From a virus (taxonomy: Duplodnaviria > Heunggongvirae > Uroviricota > Caudoviricetes), in IMG/VR virus record IMGVR_UViG_3300034102_002786, positions 82,413 through 117,602 of that record: 35,190 bases of DNA, one strand, 5' to 3'. The notes beneath the pieces were generated by a model. The model ran no database searches, was not told where the DNA came from, and saw only the letters and a list, made by a program, of their open reading frames with translations. Below are positions 26,446 through 33,422 of this stretch, one piece after another. The translations under genes were made by a program, and so were the position numbers. How positions within the stretch are numbered: the first letter of the stretch is position 1; every line of letters begins with the position of its first letter.

Positions 26446-26745
26446 ATGAGAAAAATAACTAAAGAGTCTGTCCAAGCTTTTATCGAAGGACGTAAGTTTA
26501 ACAAAGGTAACATGAGTGTTGAAGTTGATTTAGGATACACTAAGTTAAAGTTGCATGGTAACACGATCGCCACTATTGATGCGCTGGGTGTTATGAGTGT
26601 ATCAAACGCAGGATGGGCTAGTAACACTACAAAAGAACGTTTGAATGGACTACCCAATGTACGAATCAATCAAAAGAATTGGAATTGGTATTTGAATGGT
26701 AATGAGTGGGATGGTACTTGGAGACGTATTGGATTTGTAAAATAA
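26446..26745 (+). CDS. conserved phage protein (LHGNxIA...GWxSxTTKERLN family)
   Basis: Motif pattern recalled from phage hypotheticals. Confidence 0.8.
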   Translation: MRKITKESVQAFIEGRKFNKGNMSVEVDLGYTKLKLHGNTIATIDALGVMSVSNAGWASNTTKERLNGLPNVRINQKNWNWYLNGNEWDGTWRRIGFVK

Positions 26746-26772
26746 TTTTAAACCCCTTAATTTAATAATATT

Positions 26773-27135
26773 ATGGCTACTAAGAAAAAAGTAACTAAAC
26801 CGGTATCTAAGAAAGTAACTAAGCCGGCGGCCAAGAAAAAGGCCACAAAGAAAGTAAGTAAGAAAGCTACGGCTATCGCTAAGGTTAAAGCCCTTAAACA
26901 TAAACGTATCGCTATGGAGCCAGTCCCACACGATACACTTACCGAAATGGTAAAGGTAACCGCAGGTCCTGAATGGGCTAGTGAATTGTTTGGCAAACGT
27001 TATGTATCCCTTAACTACGCTATTATGGCTATTGATACTATTGATGCCGAAAGGAATATAGCTAAAGGTGCTAAATCAGTACTAAAGGAAATGGATGCTG
27101 CTGGTATAACCCCTTTGGATGTTAATAACATCTAA
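26773..27135 (+). CDS. protein with histone-H1-like Lys/Ala-rich N-terminus
   Basis: MATKKKVTKPVSKKVTKPAAKKKATKKVSKKAT. Confidence 0.75.
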   Translation: MATKKKVTKPVSKKVTKPAAKKKATKKVSKKATAIAKVKALKHKRIAMEPVPHDTLTEMVKVTAGPEWASELFGKRYVSLNYAIMAIDTIDAERNIAKGAKSVLKEMDAAGITPLDVNNI

Positions 27136-27142
27136 AAATAAA

Positions 27143-27174
27143 TTTGGCGATATGAATAATTTTTCGTATATTTG
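27143..27174 (+). promoter_or_regulatory. tandem promoter P1
   Basis: TTTG 27143-46, 20 bp, TATATTTG 27167-74. Confidence 0.75.
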
Positions 27175-27231
27175 TATAGAGGTCCAAGCAGATACCTATG
27201 AAATGGAGCTGGACATCCTTAGTAAAATAAA

Positions 27232-27263
27232 TTTGGCGGATTCAAAATAATTTCGTATCTTTG
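27232..27263 (+). promoter_or_regulatory. tandem promoter P2
   Basis: TTTG 27232-35, 20 bp, TATCTTTG 27256-63. Confidence 0.75.
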
Positions 27264-27365
27264 AGTTCGCTTCAAAAGAGTATAGGGTAAAGAGCACCAC
27301 CCTGATTAACGGGCTCACTTATATAATAAAAACCTATTGGTGTTTGAGGTCAACCATTCAAAACT

Positions 27366-27557
27366 ATGGCAAATCGTAAAGCCGCAAAAAGAGGAAACAT
27401 TTATGAAACTGTTTCAAACAACATTCAGAAAATCACTCGTCCATCAGGTACTGTATCTTATAGAGTACGTGTAACTGAAGATGGTGTAATGTATTCTCAA
27501 TATGAGACATCATTGAAGAAAGCTAAGACTCTTCGTAATGAGTGGGTTGGTGCTTAA
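27366..27557 (+). CDS. small basic protein, AP2/integrase-arm-type DNA-binding fold candidate
   Basis: NIQKITRPSGTVSYRVRVTEDGVMYSQYETSLKKAKTLRNEW: three-strand plus helix pattern. Confidence 0.6.
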   Translation: MANRKAAKRGNIYETVSNNIQKITRPSGTVSYRVRVTEDGVMYSQYETSLKKAKTLRNEWVGA

Positions 27558-27569
27558 TTAAACTAAATA

Positions 27570-27605
27570 GGGACCGGTGGTAAAGCCCAACCGGTCCCAT
27601 TTTTT
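27570..27605 (+). terminator. intrinsic terminator
   Basis: GGGACCGGT / ACCGGTCCC stem then ATTTTTT. Confidence 0.85.
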
Positions 27606-27675
27606 AAGACAACCAATACTTATTAGAGTTACATTAAAAAGTAAACAAATTTAAACTTAAATAAAACAAACAAAG

Positions 27676-27852
27676 ATGAAAAAAGTAATCGCAATTTTCG
27701 CAATCGCTACTACATTGGTAGCTTGTGGTGGTAACGCTTCTACTGAAGCTACTGCTACTGACTCTACTGCTGTTGATACAACTGCTGTAGCTGTAGATAC
27801 AGCTGCTGTTGTTGCTGATACTACTGAGGTAGTACCTGCTGAAGTGAAGTAA
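27676..27852 (+). CDS. small secreted lipoprotein (58 aa), absent from ORF track
   Basis: MKKVIAIFAIATTLVA-CGGNASTEATATDSTAVDTTAVAVDTAAVVADTTEVVPAEVK; lipobox LVAC; strongly biased codons. Confidence 0.85.
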   Translation: MKKVIAIFAIATTLVACGGNASTEATATDSTAVDTTAVAVDTAAVVADTTEVVPAEVK

Positions 27853-27879
27853 TTAGACCCTTCTAACAGTACACATATT

Positions 27880-27908
27880 AAGGATACCAAAAAGGTATCC
27901 TTTTTTTA
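27880..27908 (+). terminator. intrinsic terminator
   Basis: AAGGATACC / GGTATCCTT stem then T-run. Confidence 0.85.
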
Positions 27909-27913
27909 TGCCC

Positions 27914-27960
27914 GTACTACACGTACCACTTGTACCAGTCGTACCACTTGTTCCACCAGT
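27914..27960. repeat. 9-bp tandem repeat x5
   Basis: GTACTACAC GTACCACTT GTACCAGTC GTACCACTT GTTCCACCA. Confidence 0.75.
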
Positions 27961-27983
27961 TTAATACAACTCGTATTTAACTA

Positions 27984-28165
27984 GCTAACTAACACGTTAG
28001 CAAATATCGTATGTAAAAAACAGCAATGTAATTCCGTTTCTTTCACGTTATCCCTTATTTTACCGGTCCCGTCTTCTTAGGGCCCTATATTGAAAATAGT
28101 CACAAATTGTACTCGAGCTAACTAGTTGATTATCAATAGGCCGGGCTAACGTGTTGATTATCAAT
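27984..28165. repeat. motif cluster 4: palindromic half-site pair plus two direct copies
   Basis: GCTAAC-TAACAC-GTTAGC (27984-28001); GCTAACTAGTTGATTATCAAT (28117-37); GCTAACGTGTTGATTATCAAT (28145-65). Confidence 0.9.
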
Positions 28166-28195
28166 AAAGAATTTTTAAAGATTTCGTGGAAAATA

Positions 28196-28239
28196 TTTGG
28201 CCATATCGGCTAACTGCCCTATCTTTACTATGTAATAAA
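28196..28239 (+). promoter_or_regulatory. promoter, TATCTTTACTATGTAATAAA class
   Basis: TTTG 28196-99, 20 bp, 20-mer 28220-39. Confidence 0.8.
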
Positions 28240-28240
28240 A

Positions 28241-28558
28241 ATGATAAATATGTATAACGAAAACCCCTTCAGACAGTTCTCCGCTAGTAAAATGAGTAAT
28301 AACCCCCGTTTCAACGTATCGGTTGAATATACGGACTTTATGGGTAATACTCACCGTATCCAATGTAAGACACGTAAAGCCCTTAATTCGGCTCGTGAGT
28401 TCCTTAGTATCTTTAAAGCTGAATCTACAGCGATTAATAAGATATTGGGTGAATACCCCGTTAAGATGGGTAAGTTCCCTAAGAAGTTCCACTCGGAAAT
28501 TAAGAGTGACCTTCAGGCCGCTGGTTTCGGTACTATTTCTAAATACCTTTTAAAATAA
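28241..28558 (+). CDS. hypothetical protein
   Basis: ORF track; start 28241 or 28250. Confidence 0.8.
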   Translation: MINMYNENPFRQFSASKMSNNPRFNVSVEYTDFMGNTHRIQCKTRKALNSAREFLSIFKAESTAINKILGEYPVKMGKFPKKFHSEIKSDLQAAGFGTISKYLLK

Positions 28559-28563
28559 TCACT

Positions 28564-28680
28564 ATGGGTACTACAATCACCTTAATCGAAGCCATCATTG
28601 TATCAGCTGTTTCTTTGTTTGGTTATGTGTTCTTTAAAACGGCTTATGAGTATTTTTTTCAAACCCCTAAATCTAAGTAA
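28564..28680 (+). CDS. single-TM micro-protein (38 aa)
   Basis: MGTTITLIEAIIVSAVSLFGYVFFKTAYEYFFQTPKSK. Confidence 0.65.
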   Translation: MGTTITLIEAIIVSAVSLFGYVFFKTAYEYFFQTPKSK

Positions 28681-28681
28681 T

Positions 28682-28999
28682 ATGAATATGAATAGTACAA
28701 CCGAAAAATTGGTTAATGTGTTTTCTCAAGATGAGTTGTCCGCATTGATGACCGCTGTAGCTGGATATGTGAATGTGAAACGTAAGCAAGGTAGAAGTAC
28801 CGGTATTGAGGTGGGTGTGTTTAACAAAGTGTGTGATGCTCTATTAGCAAGTAACTACTTAAACGCTGTTGAAGTTGAAACGATAGCCCGTAAAAACCCC
28901 TATTCAAAGGATGTACCTAAAGAGTATTGGGGTACGGCTAGTGGAAAGGCCCTATTGGCTGAGATGGAAGAAGGTAGTACAAACGCTTATTCTTACTAA
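28682..28999 (+). CDS. hypothetical protein
   Basis: Likely ATG 28682. Confidence 0.75.
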   Translation: MNMNSTTEKLVNVFSQDELSALMTAVAGYVNVKRKQGRSTGIEVGVFNKVCDALLASNYLNAVEVETIARKNPYSKDVPKEYWGTASGKALLAEMEEGSTNAYSY

Positions 29000-29018
29000 A
29001 CCCTACAAACCCCTTACT

Positions 29019-29234
29019 ATGTTAAAAGCTGAAATATATAAGAATCTTACTACGGTATCCGATGACCTTATTATGGATACATTCACCTACCCCTATTGTC
29101 CGCAAGTTGGTAACTTTGGTTATATGTACAATGGTATCCTATGGCGTGGTATAGATAGTTCTGATATAGTAATGAGGTCCGATGAGCAGATTGATAGACA
29201 GATATATAAGATATTAAGTAAATTAAATAAATAA
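29019..29234 (+). CDS. hypothetical protein
   Basis: Likely ATG 29019 (MLKAEIYK). Confidence 0.7.
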   Translation: MLKAEIYKNLTTVSDDLIMDTFTYPYCPQVGNFGYMYNGILWRGIDSSDIVMRSDEQIDRQIYKILSKLNK

Positions 29235-29237
29235 GAT

Positions 29238-29507
29238 ATGACAGTAAGTGAACAAATTAAAGTGGACCTGTTAGATATGGTCCTAAAGCATGATTATTCG
29301 TATATGTATTCCGATGACCATAGAGCTTGGGAAAGCGGTATGAGATACGAAAAAGAAATCGAAGCTAAGATACATGCACTATGTGCTATACACAAAGAAG
29401 ATGCATATAGCTTAATAGCTGAGTGTTTGGGTACACGTAGTGAACAATACACCGATGGACTGACACACAAAGTAATTAAAGGTTGGTTCAAGCCCTATAT
29501 AGGATAA
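29238..29507 (+). CDS. conserved phage protein (HDxxYxYSDD family)
   Basis: KHDYSYMYSDDHRAWESG. Confidence 0.8.
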   Translation: MTVSEQIKVDLLDMVLKHDYSYMYSDDHRAWESGMRYEKEIEAKIHALCAIHKEDAYSLIAECLGTRSEQYTDGLTHKVIKGWFKPYIG

Positions 29508-29539
29508 AGATATTATTTGGTTAGTTATATTTTCATTTT

Positions 29540-29569
29540 CCCCGCCTGTTTCTACCGGTGGGGTTTTTT
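29540..29569 (+). terminator. intrinsic terminator
   Basis: CCCCGCC / GGTGGGG stem then TTTTTT. Confidence 0.75.
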
Positions 29570-29611
29570 ATTTAGATTAATTCCAAATTACAAAAATATT
29601 TTCCAAACCCC

Positions 29612-29654
29612 TTGACTTTTACGAATATATTACTTACCTTTACTATGTAATAAA
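29612..29654 (+). promoter_or_regulatory. promoter, CTTTACTATGTAATAAA class
   Basis: TTG 29612-14, 20 bp, TACCTTTA 29635-42, CTATGTAATAAA. Confidence 0.75.
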
Positions 29655-29665
29655 AAGATAACGAT

Positions 29666-29920
29666 ATGAATACTCTCCGATTTAACCGCCACGAATTGTT
29701 CTCCGAAAAAATGATGGACTTTCACTCCACTACCCTTCGAATGGTTGAAGATTATCATATAGCTAGAGATGAAAGCTGGTTCACCCCACTATACAATATG
29801 TTGTGTGGTGTGTGGGATGGATACTACTATACTGAAATGTTAGAGATGGCCAAACAAATGGGATTACCTACCCACATCACTAACCGAATTGAATTTACTG
29901 AACGATACATTAAACTTTAA
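29666..29920 (+). CDS. hypothetical protein
   Basis: ORF track. Confidence 0.8.
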   Translation: MNTLRFNRHELFSEKMMDFHSTTLRMVEDYHIARDESWFTPLYNMLCGVWDGYYYTEMLEMAKQMGLPTHITNRIEFTERYIKL

Positions 29921-29923
29921 TAT

Positions 29924-30148
29924 ATGAGCTTTTCTAAACCCCTTTTACACGAAACTATTCTAGCTAACTTCGGTCCCTACCAAGTGGATACGGTAGTTGG
30001 TACAAATCAAATGTTCCTTCGATTTGGATATTGGCGGAGAATAGATGCTAAGCTACTTCAGGATATAGTAGGTGAATCTATTATAGTAGTAGAGGACTCA
30101 TTAGATGATGATGATTGTGGTACACTATGGAGCTATAAACTAAAATGA
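29924..30148 (+). CDS. hypothetical protein
   Basis: ORF track. Confidence 0.75.
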   Translation: MSFSKPLLHETILANFGPYQVDTVVGTNQMFLRFGYWRRIDAKLLQDIVGESIIVVEDSLDDDDCGTLWSYKLK

Positions 30149-30300
30149 AAAACTGGCAATTAATACTAACCGCCACTCTTAGCGGTGTTACTTTTGTGTT
30201 CACACTTACCGGTCCTAACTTACTTACCCCTACGGTTAGTTGGACACTGTGTGTACTATCCCTATATAGTATAGGCTATAAAAATAATTCAGCTAAATAA
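30145..30300 (+). CDS. two-TM micro-protein (51 aa)
   Basis: MKNWQLILTATLSGVTFVFTLTGPNLLTPTVSWTLCVLSLYSIGYKNNSAK; ATGA-type overlap with upstream stop. Confidence 0.6.
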   Translation: MKNWQLILTATLSGVTFVFTLTGPNLLTPTVSWTLCVLSLYSIGYKNNSAK

Positions 30301-30705
30301 AATACTCTTAGTATATACCCATGTAACATAGACCCGATGTGGGTTGCATGGCATGGGTGATACATATTGATACATACCTATTCCTATGCAACCGTTGGTA
30401 GCAGTGGGTTGCATGAGACGGGACGGGGGGGACTGAATTTCTTGTGACTGAGAAAATAAAAGTTTGGCATGACCCACGCCTATGCCGTTTCCGCCCCGAG
30501 CCCGGTTTTTTCCCGTATAGGATTTTTATAGGGTAAGGTAGTACCTAGCCTGCCTTAATAGGGTGGACCTCTATCAATTTAGCTATTTCCCTTTTAGGAT
30601 GGATTAGACCCCCTTATTTTTGATGGTTTCGGTATGGGGTGTATATTGGGGTGGTTTTATGGTAAAGCTCGGGAAATCACAGTAAAACCATATAATATGT
30701 ATCTC

Positions 30706-30767
30706 TTTAATAATCAATAGGTTAGCTCGGGTTTAGAGCGGGCCCGGCTAACGTGTTGATTATCAAT
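30706..30767. repeat. motif cluster 5: inverted pair
   Basis: TTTAATAATCAATAGGTTAGC (30706-26) and GCTAACGTGTTGATTATCAAT (30747-67); same 20-bp inner spacing as cluster 1. Confidence 0.9.
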
Positions 30768-30788
30768 GAGGAATTTTTGGGGTTTTTC

Positions 30789-30832
30789 ATTGCTATATGG
30801 GTATTTTTTCGTATCTTTGGTATGTTAATAAA
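30789..30832 (+). promoter_or_regulatory. Bacteroidota-type promoter
   Basis: ATTG 30789-92, 19 bp, TATCTTTG 30812-19, GTATGTTAATAAA. Confidence 0.7.
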
Positions 30833-30858
30833 TTTCTAAATAAACAAAAATTAAGATT

Positions 30859-31116
30859 ATGAAAAGTTTTAAAGTTTCAGATGGTAAGGTAATGGTAGAT
30901 GGTGTCCTTTATGGTACTACTCCTATTAATGATGTAAAGGTTAGGGGTAAGGTAGGTACTATCCATTCTATCAACATTGAAGGTAGAGGTCAGTTCTTCC
31001 CTATTAGTGGGTTATTCAACGATGGTTCTATAAAGGTTGTTGATTCTACTACTGATGTATTGGATGTGGATGTAAAAGTAGAAAAGAAGAAAAGGGCTAA
31101 AAAGAGTTCTAAGTAA
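30859..31116 (+). CDS. hypothetical protein with basic tail
   Basis: ORF track. Confidence 0.8.
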   Translation: MKSFKVSDGKVMVDGVLYGTTPINDVKVRGKVGTIHSINIEGRGQFFPISGLFNDGSIKVVDSTTDVLDVDVKVEKKKRAKKSSK

Positions 31117-31161
31117 TCCTTTTATACTATATACTATTTCTTTATTATAAATCCCCTTATT

Positions 31162-31398
31162 ATGTATAACAATTACAATGATGTCCAAGCGTATGAGGCT
31201 TTGGAGAACGAAAGATTACAAACGGCATTAGACCCGAAATACCAACAATGGGTAAAGGAACTTAACATTTCTCAATCGTATGTAGAGCCCGATGGGTTTA
31301 TTAGGGCTAAGCAATTAAATGAGCAATACGACTTTTCAAACAATAGTTCTAAATCACCAATTCTTAACTTTTTAAAGATTAAAGGTATATGGTCTTAA
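31162..31398 (+). CDS. hypothetical protein
   Basis: ORF track. Confidence 0.75.
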   Translation: MYNNYNDVQAYEALENERLQTALDPKYQQWVKELNISQSYVEPDGFIRAKQLNEQYDFSNNSSKSPILNFLKIKGIWS

Positions 31399-31748
31399 AC
31401 ATTAGTGGTATCAATAAACTTACCGGTCACATATTCCATAATCGGACTATCCAAAAGGTTTCATTAGCAGCAAGATATGGTGTGGATTCATCTTCGTATG
31501 TATTTTATTTTGCCGAAATACCTTATTACAAAAATGACCCGAATGGAATGAAACGATGGGAAGATGAATTTGAGATTCACCTATACCGCCGCCCCAAACA
31601 TGGTAAGTACGAATTGTTTTGGATGGGATTGCATGGTGTGACTTGTATGGAATTGGGTTGGAAAGATATTCAAAACTTTTCTACCTTTATTTCATCGTTA
31701 GGTATGGTGGTTGAAAGAGGTAAAAGGTATTGGACAGAAAATAGATAA
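31389..31748 (+). CDS. MLTIEN-family paralog 6
   Basis: MVLNISGINKLTGHIFHN; YVF; IHLYR; YEL. Confidence 0.75.
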   Translation: MVLNISGINKLTGHIFHNRTIQKVSLAARYGVDSSSYVFYFAEIPYYKNDPNGMKRWEDEFEIHLYRRPKHGKYELFWMGLHGVTCMELGWKDIQNFSTFISSLGMVVERGKRYWTENR

Positions 31749-31751
31749 GAT

Positions 31752-31859
31752 ATGATAAAGTATATAAAACAATATTGGAACGCATTAGGTGATAGTGAAA
31801 AGTTAATGGTAATCTATTTGGTTGCTATGGCTATCCTTATTCTTATCGCCACAAATTAA
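31752..31859 (+). CDS. single-TM micro-protein (35 aa)
   Basis: MIKYIKQYWNALGDSEKLMVIYLVAMAILILIATN. Confidence 0.6.
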   Translation: MIKYIKQYWNALGDSEKLMVIYLVAMAILILIATN

Positions 31860-31863
31860 TCCT

Positions 31864-32178
31864 ATGTTAAAGATTAAAAACCCTGAAAGGTTGAATATTA
31901 CAACAAAAGCTCTAACCGCTGATATACATTGTGAAATTGTATATCAAAGAGAAAATGCAGCTGAATACCTATTTCGTATTCTAAAGGATGGTGTATTGGA
32001 TGCTAAGATGACTATATCAAAAGATTGGAATGTAGGCGATACCGTTGTTGTACGATTTTGTGATAAGGATAATCATTGGATTCATTCTACTTACGAATTG
32101 GATTATGAAATGGTTAGTAATCGTAGTAAATTTATTTTTTGGATTACTGAAAGATTCCTTGATGATTATAAACAATAA
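31864..32178 (+). CDS. MLTIEN-family paralog 7 (divergent)
   Basis: MLKIKNPERL; YLF; MTISK. Confidence 0.7.
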   Translation: MLKIKNPERLNITTKALTADIHCEIVYQRENAAEYLFRILKDGVLDAKMTISKDWNVGDTVVVRFCDKDNHWIHSTYELDYEMVSNRSKFIFWITERFLDDYKQ

Positions 32179-32179
32179 T

Positions 32180-32479
32180 ATGCTAACCATAGAGAACTTA
32201 GATAAGATTACCAATTGCATTGGATTCAATGTGTGGAATGTTACTTATGATACTCATTATTCATTCTTTGTTGATGTGGGTGATAGCAAAGCAATAGAAG
32301 TTACACTAGCCCGTCATAAACCAAAATTACAAAATGGTAAACCACATCCACATAGTGATGAATATCTTTTACAATGTCACCATATCAGTTGGAAACACTA
32401 TTGGGTAACAAAGAATGATATAAGGGATATATGGGAGATGAGCAGATTAATTGAATCATTTATAAACGAAGTTAAGTAA
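32180..32479 (+). CDS. MLTIEN-family paralog 8
   Basis: MLTIENLDKI; YSF; VTLAR; YLL. Confidence 0.85.
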   Translation: MLTIENLDKITNCIGFNVWNVTYDTHYSFFVDVGDSKAIEVTLARHKPKLQNGKPHPHSDEYLLQCHHISWKHYWVTKNDIRDIWEMSRLIESFINEVK

Positions 32480-32787
32480 TGCTAATAATAGATAACATAG
32501 AGAAGATTAAACAATATCCATTCAACGTACATTGGAGATGCGATTCGGTTAGAGAAACGGATACCTTTTATCATTTCGTTGTTGAACGCTTGAATATAGA
32601 AGGTAAGATATGTGATGTTAGAAGGATAACCCTATCGAGAGTTGATATACCAAATATGGATGAGAATGAATTATGCTACGAATTATATTTGGATGATAGG
32701 AAGTTGAATCAACTTGTCACAACTTCATACTTAAAAAGTATAAACAACTTAGTAAATAAATTTACGGAAATATTACGGAGCTTATAA
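32479..32787 (+). CDS. MLTIEN-family paralog 9
   Basis: MLIIDNIEKI; WRC; ETDTFYHF; ITLSR; YEL. Confidence 0.85.
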   Translation: MLIIDNIEKIKQYPFNVHWRCDSVRETDTFYHFVVERLNIEGKICDVRRITLSRVDIPNMDENELCYELYLDDRKLNQLVTTSYLKSINNLVNKFTEILRSL

Positions 32788-32791
32788 TAAT

Positions 32792-33100
32792 ATGCTAAAG
32801 ATAGAGAACTATAAGAAATTAGTAGGATTAAAGTTTGGCGATTGGACTTGTGGACTAGTTGTAGAGCACGAAAAGATTTATCGTTTCTCGTTCCATAATG
32901 GGAATTCATCCTCTGCATCATATGGGGATACCTATTGGATAGAATTAGATAGAACATCCTACATAGATGCGGACGGTGATGAAGTCTACCCCTTAAACCA
33001 CCCGAATAAAAAACTAATAACAATAATATCAAAACAATATGTTAAGAAGATGGACAAGGTATCCACATTCTTCAACCAAATAATCAGAGATTATGCATGA
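32792..33100 (+). CDS. MLTIEN-family paralog 10
   Basis: MLKIENYKKLVG; FGDWTC; YRF; IELDR; YPL. Confidence 0.85.
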   Translation: MLKIENYKKLVGLKFGDWTCGLVVEHEKIYRFSFHNGNSSSASYGDTYWIELDRTSYIDADGDEVYPLNHPNKKLITIISKQYVKKMDKVSTFFNQIIRDYA

Positions 33101-33422
33101 CGTAGAAAAATATCTACATATAACCAACCATAAAAGAATGGAAGGTGAAGAATTCTACGATGGAAGATTCGTATGTACTACCACAGTAGAGACAGATACA
33201 AATTATCGTTTCCAATTCTGTGACCACAATTGGCCATCTCTCCGATATATATGGGTGGAAGTGAGCCGTTTTGGGGAATGGGACTCAAAAGATAGTAGAT
33301 GGGTATATAGATTAAACTACCCACAATCACCCACACATATCGTTTCTGCCCAATTCCTTTCGGATTTCCATAATGCGATTAAGACGATGGGAACGGCATT
33401 AAAATATTCAATAGATAAGTAA
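33093..33422 (+). CDS. MLTIEN-family paralog 11
   Basis: LHITNHKRMEG; ETDTNYRF; VEVSR; YRL. Confidence 0.8.
   Translation: MHDVEKYLHITNHKRMEGEEFYDGRFVCTTTVETDTNYRFQFCDHNWPSLRYIWVEVSRFGEWDSKDSRWVYRLNYPQSPTHIVSAQFLSDFHNAIKTMGTALKYSIDK

Noticed and set aside
27262-27320. tRNA in the structured leader
   Set aside because: Too short, no T-loop/D-loop consensus, no four-arm cloverleaf
28323-28553. Nested + strand alternative ORFs (28323..28553, also 4090..4278)
   Set aside because: Fully inside better ORFs, non-ATG starts, no recognisable features
4997-30767. Motif clusters as CRISPR arrays
   Set aside because: Only 2-3 copies per locus, mixed orientation, no regular repeat-spacer period, no cas genes
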